From Alkalispirochaeta sp. (GTDB lineage: Bacteria > Spirochaetota > Spirochaetia > DSM-27196 > Alkalispirochaetaceae), in contig OZ271854.1 in assembly GCA_965601925.1 (NCBI GenBank), positions 3,392,001 to 3,456,000 of the forward strand: DNA of 64,000 bases. The letters are read 5' to 3'. A program made the position numbers and the translations under genes. The stretch's first letter is position 1, and each line of letters starts with the position of its first letter. The notes under the pieces are model-generated. The model saw only the letters and a list, made by a program, of their open reading frames with translations, did not search any database and was not told the origin of the DNA. This document shows positions 40,015-47,965 of the stretch, piece by piece.

Positions 40015-40189
40015 ATGATCGTTTTAGTCTACGAGGGGCGGGAATCGTGACACAAGAGTCTTCCGAATCGAAGCAAAGGGTCCGAATGGTCGCGCCTCGA
40101 CGTAGGTCCCTCGCGCTACGACCCGACGCAGCGCACGCTACGCCGGGTCCGCATTTTCCACGTTACACGATACTGCAGCCGACGGCCCG

Positions 40190-41872
40190 TTACCCCACGA
40201 TGGCCGCGAGGTCGTCCTCGACGGTGGTCGTTACCGCGAGATCGAAGGTCTCCACCAACACTTTCGCGACCCCCGGGCTGAGAAACGCCGGCAACGTCGG
40301 GCCGATCCGTACACCCTTGAACCCGAGGGCGAGGAGGGCGAGAAGCACCGCCACGGCCTTCTGTTCGTACCACGCGATGTCGAACTCGATGGGAAGATCA
40401 TTGATATCTCCCACCTCGAAGATCTCTTTTAGCTTGAGGGCAATGACCGCCAAGGAGTAGCTATCGTTGCATTGCCCCGCATCCAGAACCCGCGGAATGC
40501 CGCCTATGTCACCGAGATCGAGTTTGTTGTAGCGATACTTGGCACACCCGGCCGTAAGGATGACCGCGTCTGCCGGAAGTGCTCGAGCCATATCGGTGAA
40601 GTAGCTTCTCCCCTTCTGGCGTCCGTCGCATCCGGCCATCACGACGAACTTTTTGATCGCACCCGACTTGACCGCGTCGACTACCGTATCGGCGAGGGCT
40701 GTAACCTGGGCGTGGGCGAATCCGCCGGTAATGGTGCCGGATTCCAACTCCGTGGGCGGTGGGCAACGCTTCGCAAGCTCGATGATCTCCGAGAAGTCTT
40801 TGCGCGACTCCGGCGCTCCGTCCCGATCGGGAATGTGCGTGATACCCGGGAAGGCGACCGCTCCCGTGGTGAAGATACGCTCCTTGTACGCGTCCTTCGG
40901 GGGAACGAGGCAGTTGGTCGTCATGAGAATCGGTCCGTTGAACGACGCGAACTCCTTGTCCTGGAGCCACCACGAGTTACCGTAGTTGCCGACAAAGTGA
41001 GAGTACTTCTTGAACACCGGATAGTAGTGCGCCGGAAGCATCTCGCCGTGGGTGTACACATCGACACCGCTGTCTGCGGTCTGCTCCAGTAGCTCATGCA
41101 GATCTTTGAGATCGTGTCCCGAAATAAGGATACCCGGGCGCGTCCCGACGCCGATATTGACCTGCGTAATCTCAGGGTTCCCGTAGGTCTCCGTGTTGGC
41201 GCGGTCCAAGAGTGCCATGACGGTGACTGCCGCGTTTCCCGTATCGAGGACGAGTTGCGTGAGCTCCTCGGCCGTCCCGGCGGTGACCGTTCCCGCGAGG
41301 ATTCGTATCACTTCGCGGTAGAGGGCGGAATCCTCGTACCCCAGGACCGCCGCGTGGTCTCCGTACGCCGCGATTCCCTTCACTCCGTAGATTGTGAGCT
41401 CCCGCAGCGCCCGAGCATCTTCATCGACCTCGGCGAGGATGGACGCCTCGGGAATCATGGCGTATAGCGCCGCTATATCACCCTCCGCGGCGCTCCACTT
41501 CACCGTACGGGGCAGATCGATCGTGGGCGCATGGCGTTGAATCGTCGCCGCAACGTCCCCTTTGAGTCGGAGTGTGAGCCCTATCATGTGCGCGAGACGC
41601 GCATCGTCGAAGGTGGCGTTGGTGATGGTTGCAAAGAGGGTGTGAAAAATCGTCCGGCCGCTCTCGACAACGGTCGCCTCAAAATCGACCGCTTTTTTGG
41701 TGTCGTCCGCAATGCTGCGATCGAGAGTCTCTACCGCCAGGGCGAGACCGCGGACCGCGTATACCAGAACGTCCTGAAGATTGGCCGTCGATTCCTCTTT
41801 GCCGCACACACCGCGCACCGTACACCCGATATTGCCCGCCGCCTCCTGGCATTGAAAACAGAACATGCTCAT
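40190..41872 (-). CDS. hcp: Hybrid cluster protein (hydroxylamine/NO reductase), class I spacing
   Basis: C-X2-C-X8-C-X5-C N-terminus; SGHD, HGEM, TNC, AGCDG, AGCAK, GQCND, WYEQKA; AGGAGG RBS. Confidence 0.97.
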   Translation of the reverse strand: MSMFCFQCQEAAGNIGCTVRGVCGKEESTANLQDVLVYAVRGLALAVETLDRSIADDTKKAVDFEATVVESGRTIFHTLFATITNATFDDARLAHMIGLTLRLKGDVAATIQRHAPTIDLPRTVKWSAAEGDIAALYAMIPEASILAEVDEDARALRELTIYGVKGIAAYGDHAAVLGYEDSALYREVIRILAGTVTAGTAEELTQLVLDTGNAAVTVMALLDRANTETYGNPEITQVNIGVGTRPGILISGHDLKDLHELLEQTADSGVDVYTHGEMLPAHYYPVFKKYSHFVGNYGNSWWLQDKEFASFNGPILMTTNCLVPPKDAYKERIFTTGAVAFPGITHIPDRDGAPESRKDFSEIIELAKRCPPPTELESGTITGGFAHAQVTALADTVVDAVKSGAIKKFVVMAGCDGRQKGRSYFTDMARALPADAVILTAGCAKYRYNKLDLGDIGGIPRVLDAGQCNDSYSLAVIALKLKEIFEVGDINDLPIEFDIAWYEQKAVAVLLALLALGFKGVRIGPTLPAFLSPGVAKVLVETFDLAVTTTVEDDLAAIVG

Positions 41873-41920
41873 ACAATTCCTCCTGGATAGAACTCAGTCA
41901 GTTTTTTTTGTGACTTCCCC

Positions 41921-41962
41921 ATTCTCCCGCACTCCCATAGCCGTGTAATTGACCCCGGTCAA
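41921..41962 (-). promoter_or_regulatory. FNR/DNR-type class II promoter of hcp
   Basis: TTGAC-CCCG-GTCAA at 41949-41962; candidate -10 GAGAAT (minus strand, 41926-41921) puts the box at about -41.5. Confidence 0.75.
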
Positions 41963-42543
41963 TTCGGTGATGTTTTATCGCATTCCCTTTGAGACCAGGC
42001 CGAACTGACCTCCGCCCCGGTCAGTTCGTTGTTGCTTTGCCGCGCTCCCTATGAGAACAGGCCGAATTGACCTCTGCCCCGGTCAATTCGTTGGCGTTTT
42101 CTCGCATTCCCTTTGAGACCAGGCCGAACTGACCTCCGCCCCGGTCAGTTCGTTGTTGCTTTGCCGCGCTCCCTATGAGAACAGGCCGAATTGACCTCCG
42201 CCCCCGGTCGATTCGTTGGTGCTTTGCCGCGCTCCCTATGAGAACAAGCCGAATTGACCTCCCCCCCGGTCAATTCAGTGGTGCTTTGCCGCGCTCCCTA
42301 TGAGAACAAGCCGAATTGACCTCCCCCCCGGTCAATTCAGTGGTGCTTTGCCGCGCTCCCTATGAGAACAAGCCGAATTGACCTCCGCCCCCGGTCAATT
42401 CAGTGGTGCTTTGCCGCGCTCCCTATGAGAACAAGCCGAATTGACCTCCGCCCCGGTCAATTCGTTAGTGCTTTCCTACATTCCCTCTAAGAATGGGCCG
42501 AATTGACCTCTGCCTCCGGTCAATTCGGTGATGTTTTCTCGCA
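41947..42543. repeat. Non-coding tandem array, 62-63 bp period: nine hairpin palindromes GAA(T/C)TGACC-N8/9-GGTC(A/G)(A/G)TTC plus one short-loop terminal copy
   Basis: Left arms start at 42001, 42063, 42125, 42187, 42250, 42312, 42374, 42437, 42499; linkers are homologous to each other; no ORF annotated between 41914 and 42527. Confidence 0.97.
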
Positions 42544-42604
42544 GCATACTCGTGAGCGGTCGTGCACCGCCGTCAACATGTGCATATCTGGGAGTCGCTA
42601 CGTG

Positions 42605-43471
42605 CTACTCCGGCAGCCTCGTGTCGTTCGCGAACTCGTCGAGGTGCCCGCCGCAGCGGATCGCAATTCGTAGTTCCTCGTGGAGTCGGTCCAGGCGGTG
42701 TAATTTCCGCGCCATCTCCACCTCCGCGTCGTTTCGCCGAATGACGTCGGTGACGCCGCCACGGGACAGGACGATTCTTCTTGAGGCGGAGAGCGCCAGG
42801 GACGGGTCGTGGGTGACGACCAGTACGATCTTGTCGGCCCCGCTCAAGAACGCAATCGCCTCGTGACGGTTGATTCCGGCGTTCTCGATCTCGTCTATGA
42901 GGACGATCGGCGAGACCGAGAGGAGGGCCGTGTCGGCTATCATAAGAGAGCGGGACTGCCCGCCGCTCAGTTCGGTGAGCTCGCGATCGGCGTCGATGGG
43001 CTCCCCGGTCAAGCGGTTGGCCGCCTCGATCACTTCGCAGACGACCGACTCGTCCACCTCGATGCCGCGGCTCTCTCCGTGAAGCTCCAAAAACTCGCGT
43101 ACCGTCGCGTCCATGACGAAGTTCATGTTCTGCGAAAGCTGCGCGACCAACCGTCCGCCGCCGGCGTAGCGACGCGACAGATCGGGCTCCTCTCCGTTGA
43201 TGCGTATCGAGCGTCCCGTGGGCGTATCTCCCTGGGCGAGCCACTCGATGTCCGCGAGGAGACGGCTTTTGCCGCTGCCGGTGGAGCCGACGATACACAC
43301 CACCTCCCCGGAAGAGATCGTCAACTCCTCGTACGTCTCCGCCGCGCCGGACTTGTCGTGTCCCGGCAGGATCGTCACGGTCTCGACCTCATGCTCGTTA
43401 TGAAGTGTCTCCGATTCGCCGGTGAGTGCCGCGATCGCTTCCGCGACCGACACGTCGTTCGTCGTTTTCAT
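42605..43471 (-). CDS. ABC-type ATPase with no adjacent permease
   Basis: GSTGSGKS, LSQNMNF, LSGGQ, VLIDE, VTHD. Confidence 0.92.
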   Translation of the reverse strand: MKTTNDVSVAEAIAALTGESETLHNEHEVETVTILPGHDKSGAAETYEELTISSGEVVCIVGSTGSGKSRLLADIEWLAQGDTPTGRSIRINGEEPDLSRRYAGGGRLVAQLSQNMNFVMDATVREFLELHGESRGIEVDESVVCEVIEAANRLTGEPIDADRELTELSGGQSRSLMIADTALLSVSPIVLIDEIENAGINRHEAIAFLSGADKIVLVVTHDPSLALSASRRIVLSRGGVTDVIRRNDAEVEMARKLHRLDRLHEELRIAIRCGGHLDEFANDTRLPE

Positions 43472-44175
43472 GAATGGTAATCTCCCGAGGTGAGCTCGAT
43501 TGTCGTCACGTTGCCGATCTGGTGAGCCGATCCGATTCGCTCTTCTCCCAAACAGTAGCTACACACGGCGCTCGGCATGGGATAGCGCAGGCGCGACCCG
43601 GTCACGCCCGCCTGCTCCGGCGCCTCGTCACGCAACAGTCGCGCCAACTCGAACGCTCCCTGGCCGGTAAGGCCGTTGATCGGAAGAATGCGAGAGCGCG
43701 GATTGGCGGAGTGAACCCGGGAAGCGAAGACTTCGCGCTCCGCTTGGCTCACTACGTCGCCTTTGGTTACTACCACGACGTCGGCGGTACGGAGCATGGG
43801 GCCGACCTTACGCGGCGTGTTTATACCACTTAAGTTGTCGATGACCGCCACGGCGTAGACGTCGCGAATGTGGGGCGAACAGCGGTTGCAGAGCCCGGCG
43901 GACTCGGTGAAGAGGATCGAGAAGTCGTGGCGATCTCCCCACGCAAAGGTCCGCTCGATGTTACTGGCAAAGTAGTGGTCCGGGCAGATCGATCCGGATA
44001 GACCCTTCTGGACCGGAATGCCGGCCCGCTCGTACCGTTCGTCGTCGTCGGTGACCAAGCAGTCGAACTTGACTACACCGGTGGCGATCTCCATTCTCCG
44101 GAGCTCTTGAATCGTTTTGAGGATGACCGAGGTCTTGCCGCACGATGGAGGGCCGGCGATCGTAACGAGCTTCAT
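43468..44175 (-). CDS. UreG/HypB/CobW-like (G3E) GTPase, Cys-rich
   Basis: GPPSCGKT, ICPDH, ESAGLCNRCSP, TKGD, CSYC; ATGA coupling on both sides. Confidence 0.88.
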   Translation of the reverse strand: MKLVTIAGPPSCGKTSVILKTIQELRRMEIATGVVKFDCLVTDDDERYERAGIPVQKGLSGSICPDHYFASNIERTFAWGDRHDFSILFTESAGLCNRCSPHIRDVYAVAVIDNLSGINTPRKVGPMLRTADVVVVTKGDVVSQAEREVFASRVHSANPRSRILPINGLTGQGAFELARLLRDEAPEQAGVTGSRLRYPMPSAVCSYCLGEERIGSAHQIGNVTTIELTSGDYHS

Positions 44176-45425
44176 GATATCTTCGCTCCTCGGTGCGGCA
44201 TGCGTCCGCCGGCGTCGGTGCGGTCGGCGACGAGGCGCGAAAAGGCGGCGGTCGTCCGCTCCAAGGTTCGCGGTAGTTCGTCGGACAACAGGAGGTCCCA
44301 GCCCGGCCACTGGAGCGGATGCGCCTCGGCGTCGAAATCGTCGTTTGCAGGGTGCGTGGAAGGAAAGAGTCCGAGACGCGTCAGGACGCGGCTCATCGAC
44401 TCACCGGCGATAACGTCGATGAGGGGCTGAATTTCCGGCCTGTCGGCTCGAGTAACCAGGAGAACCGGCGCCGTCAAGGCTCCGTCTTCGGGCCACACGG
44501 CGATCAACGGACTATCTTCGGTGATGGTCCGGGTAAAGAAGTAGGGCATGATGGTGATCGCCGGACGTTCGACGTCGTTCGTCGAGGCGGGACGGGCCGA
44601 GGAGATCATCTGGGCGGGGTGCATGGACTGAAACATATTACGGGCGAGTCTCTCGATACCTTCGGTCCCGAACGTGCGCTCGACACCGATAAGGAGTGAG
44701 TCGAAGAGGTCGAAGTCGCCGATCGGCAGCGCAAGGCTATTCTCGTACTCCGGCGAGAGGATCTCGGCCCAACTCTGCGGTACCGGCCTGTCTCCCAGAA
44801 GGTCGAGATTTACCATGAAGACTGCGGGAACCACCGAGATTACCGAAAAGGCTTTGTGCGGATCCGCCAATGAGTTGACCGTGCCGAGCGTGTTGAGCCG
44901 GGGCCACCCCGTGCGGTCTGCAAAGGCGCCGGAGTCTCTCAGCGAGCGAAAGCGCCGGTCGGTGAAGAACAGCCGGAACCCGGCGGAGAGAAAGATGTCC
45001 GGCAGATCGTCCACCGTCGGTTCCGACGAGATGTGCTCCTCCAGCCACTCCGTACCGGTGTATGCTGCTTGGAGGTTGCACGTCACCGCACTTCCCGTCC
45101 GTTCGCTGAACTGTGCTACGGCGCTCTCTAAGACGTTGGTCATCGGAATACGGATAGGGCATGGAACGAGGCCCGCAATCGTCACCGGGCGCGAGGCGCC
45201 GCTACCCCGTGCACCGTGTTTCGCCGCCCCGCGGAGTCGTAACAGGAGATCGGACGGCTCCAGCCCCACGGCTATCGCCGCCGAACGGACGGTGACGGCG
45301 ACGCCGAACCGCTCGAGCACGTCGCTATCCGTTATGCGCCGAAATCCCGCGTCGGCCAAAACGGGGATCGTCTGCGGAAATGCGCCGGTCACTTCGTATA
45401 TGGTGCTCGTCTCTTGTATCTTCAT
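44172..45425 (-). CDS. DUF1858-like domain fused to an ABC substrate-binding fold; no signal peptide
   Basis: N-terminal TIYEVTGAFPQTIPVLADAGF...AVGLEPSDLL; GLVPCPIRIP, PQSWAEILSPEY, VWPEDGA. Confidence 0.8.
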   Translation of the reverse strand: MKIQETSTIYEVTGAFPQTIPVLADAGFRRITDSDVLERFGVAVTVRSAAIAVGLEPSDLLLRLRGAAKHGARGSGASRPVTIAGLVPCPIRIPMTNVLESAVAQFSERTGSAVTCNLQAAYTGTEWLEEHISSEPTVDDLPDIFLSAGFRLFFTDRRFRSLRDSGAFADRTGWPRLNTLGTVNSLADPHKAFSVISVVPAVFMVNLDLLGDRPVPQSWAEILSPEYENSLALPIGDFDLFDSLLIGVERTFGTEGIERLARNMFQSMHPAQMISSARPASTNDVERPAITIMPYFFTRTITEDSPLIAVWPEDGALTAPVLLVTRADRPEIQPLIDVIAGESMSRVLTRLGLFPSTHPANDDFDAEAHPLQWPGWDLLLSDELPRTLERTTAAFSRLVADRTDAGGRMPHRGAKIS

Positions 45426-45431
45426 GGTGTT

Positions 45432-45473
45432 ACGATACGGAGCGAAAGACGATATGTAATTGACCGGGATCAA
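45432..45473 (-). promoter_or_regulatory. Second FNR/DNR-type box and candidate -10 for the SBP-GTPase-ATPase operon
   Basis: TTGAC-CGGG-ATCAA at 45460-45473, preceded by TGTAA as in the hcp box; minus-strand TATCGT at 45437-45432 with identical spacing. Confidence 0.75.
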
Positions 45474-45475
45474 GT

Positions 45476-46099
45476 ATGAACGATTTTTTTTCCGACCTGA
45501 GCGAGCGATCCATCGCCAAGCTGGAGGCAGCTCAGATAACGCGCACCGTCCCCGCCGGGGCGATGATTTTCCTCGAAGACGAGGAAGGGACGCAAATATT
45601 TCGCCTCTTGTCCGGTTCGATTCGGCTGTTTCGCACCGCGCCCGACGGTCGCGAGGTCACGATACACATGGTCCGACCCGGTGAACTCTTTGCCGAGATC
45701 GTCCTCTTCGAGCGTGATACCTATCCGGTCAGCTCGGTGACCGTTGAGGAATCGGTCGTGGCGATCATCCAGCGCAGGAGGGTACTGGCCCTCTTGGGCG
45801 ACGCGGCGTTTCGCGAGGAGTTCCTGCGTAACATCGTCGGTAAGATGCGCTTTCTCTCTCAACAGTTGTACATTTTGGCAACAATGGATGTCCGGCGTCG
45901 GTTGATTCGCTTTTTAGAGGTTCGCTACGGTCGAAAAGGTGCGATCGAGAGCGAGCTCTCCAAGCGTGACACCGCCGCAGCCATCTCCGTGCGTCCCGAG
46001 ACCCTCTCACGCACCCTCGCCGCCTTGAGCGACGAGGGGCTTTTGGAGTGGAAGGGCCGTCGGATTACCGTCGACGCCGCGGCGTGGAACGAGGTGTAG
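45476..46099 (+). CDS. Crp/Fnr family regulator (HcpR/DNR-like, no cysteines)
   Basis: cNMP-type domain GELFAE; recognition helix RPETLSR (ExxSR, FNR-type). Confidence 0.92.
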   Translation: MNDFFSDLSERSIAKLEAAQITRTVPAGAMIFLEDEEGTQIFRLLSGSIRLFRTAPDGREVTIHMVRPGELFAEIVLFERDTYPVSSVTVEESVVAIIQRRRVLALLGDAAFREEFLRNIVGKMRFLSQQLYILATMDVRRRLIRFLEVRYGRKGAIESELSKRDTAAAISVRPETLSRTLAALSDEGLLEWKGRRITVDAAAWNEV

Positions 46100-46227
46100 C
46101 GCAGCCGCTCTTTTGACGAGGCGGGCCGCGCAATACGAAGTGCGTGTTCATACCCGAGCCGGACCGTCGTCGCGATCACCGTGATCGAAAACGCCCCCTC
46201 TCGACCGGTATCGAGGGGGTAGACGAA

Positions 46228-47673
46228 TCAGCGTATGATCTCGCGCCAATCGAACCATTGACGCTCCGTATGGTTGTCCGACATCTGGTTGGCCACCGCG
46301 AGGCGATACCGCGGATCCTCCCAGGGGCTGCGCAGATTAAGGGGGGCGGCGCCGGCGGCCCCGTAGACCAACAGTTCGTTCTCGTCGAGGAAGACGATCT
46401 CTTCGCGGTAGTCGCCGACGAAGTCGAGGGCGTGGGCGTAGACGCGCATATCCTCGTGATGACGATCGACGACGTCCTCGTAGTAATTATCACGTATCTG
46501 AATACGAACACCGGCGACAACATCGTAGAGGCGTCCGTACTTTGAAGAAAAGACCTCGTCGATTCGGCGGTCACCGTCCCAGTCCATCGTGTACCCGTCG
46601 GTGACCTCCCGGTCGTGACGTAGGAGCTCTTCACCGGTGGCCGACAAAATTACCGCAAAGACGTCGTCGTCGTTGACGGGCCAGTGCACCAGTGTTTCGA
46701 ACCCCTCGCTATGCGGCGCAAACTCACCCACCGCTATCAGCTTGGCGTCTTCGTGCAACCCGGGCGACGACCATATCGGCGCGAGCGTAGCACCGTCCAG
46801 CATGGCGACGTGGAGGTGCTCGTAGGAGATCGCCACCTCGATGCCCTCGTGATCCGGGAGGAAATCGCCGGCGATCGCCTTATCGAGATGGTCGTAGTAT
46901 GGATCTTCGGCGCGCCACTCCTCGGGCGTCATGCGCATGGTTCGTTCACCCTCGGCGCTGTGCATGTACTTCGTCAGAAGCTCGTCGCGCCCGTCGCCGT
47001 CGCGATCGTAGGCCCACGGGTAGTGGGCGTATATCATCTCGCTGTCGTCGCCGTCTGTAGACCAGAGTAGATCGAGCCCGGCGTCGAAAACAAAGATGTC
47101 GCCCCGGCTGTTGCGCTCCTCGACTACGACCAACTCGGACGGGGTTCCGTCTCCGGCAAGGTCGGCTACGATCGTCTTCATACGTAGCGCCCGGTTTCGG
47201 TGATCGCTCTCGGGGTTGGCAATCGGCAGTGGGGCGACGGCCTCGATCGTACCCGTCGCTCCGTCGATCACGCGCATCTCCATCGTGCCCGACGCGGTCG
47301 CAAATGCGCCGGCGACCTCGGACATACCGTCGGAGTCGAGATCCCAGATGACATACTTATAGAAGTAGCGGTTTGAAGGGTGCGGCAGATCAAGCCCGCT
47401 CTCGTAGGTCCATAACAACTCAACCGTCTCGCCGTCGAAGGCGAAGGCTTGCATACGCGTTGAGTTAACGTGACGGACGAAATCGCGCGAATCACCGTCG
47501 TTATTCAGATCGCCGAAGTGTGCCGACGAACCGCGAAAATAGGCGTCTTCACTCGCGTATTCGCTGAGGTCGATGCTCAATTTGAGCTCCGGTTGTGGTA
47601 AGGAACTCGCCTGAGCAGCGAGGTGGCTCGTTGCCGCGATGAGCACCGAAAGTACCATTGCACACGTCTTCAT
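46228..47673 (-). CDS. Secreted FG-GAP-like repeat (Ca-binding beta-propeller) protein, distantly rhamnogalacturonan-lyase-like
   Basis: Signal peptide; GDLNNDG, WDLDSDGMSE, YDRDGDGRDE, MDWDGDRRIDE, DFVGDYREE; AAGGAGG RBS. Confidence 0.7.
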   Translation of the reverse strand: MKTCAMVLSVLIAATSHLAAQASSLPQPELKLSIDLSEYASEDAYFRGSSAHFGDLNNDGDSRDFVRHVNSTRMQAFAFDGETVELLWTYESGLDLPHPSNRYFYKYVIWDLDSDGMSEVAGAFATASGTMEMRVIDGATGTIEAVAPLPIANPESDHRNRALRMKTIVADLAGDGTPSELVVVEERNSRGDIFVFDAGLDLLWSTDGDDSEMIYAHYPWAYDRDGDGRDELLTKYMHSAEGERTMRMTPEEWRAEDPYYDHLDKAIAGDFLPDHEGIEVAISYEHLHVAMLDGATLAPIWSSPGLHEDAKLIAVGEFAPHSEGFETLVHWPVNDDDVFAVILSATGEELLRHDREVTDGYTMDWDGDRRIDEVFSSKYGRLYDVVAGVRIQIRDNYYEDVVDRHHEDMRVYAHALDFVGDYREEIVFLDENELLVYGAAGAAPLNLRSPWEDPRYRLAVANQMSDNHTERQWFDWREIIR

Positions 47674-47965
47674 ATCCGCCTCCTTGTTCGTATTACCCAT
47701 TTTCATGGCGGATCAGTGAGACGTGAACCTGCAAAACGTTGAGAAAAGGTATCATTTCTTGATCTTTTCGCCGTTCCAACCCGACCTGCGGCGCAACGAA
47801 GGGCAAAACGTCGGCGCCCTCGGTCATCGAGGCGGTGCGTGTGGATGCAGCATGAGGTCCGTGGCGTCCACCGACTCCTCATAATCGCGACCGGTGCGAC
47901 GCGTCACGGTGCGTCGGAGCGGTACACGTCGCACCTCCGACATTCGGTGCTCTGAGTACGCGCTT

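Noticed and set aside
41947..42543. CRISPR array (palindromic repeats of about 28 bp with about 34 bp spacers)
   Set aside because: The size pattern is CRISPR-like, but the spacers are homologous or identical to each other, the repeat loops vary, and no cas genes are in the window.
41947..42543. Protein-coding repeat or G-quadruplex array
   Set aside because: The 62 bp period shifts frame and no long ORF exists; minus-strand G-runs are about 62 nt apart and sit in hairpin loops.
47780..47940. c-di-GMP-I riboswitch (GGGCAAAAC) or other structured leader
   Set aside because: The downstream GACGCAAAGC-type element is absent and the motif is on the strand opposite the flanking genes; the GGTGCGACG/CGTCGCACC stem may be only a terminator.
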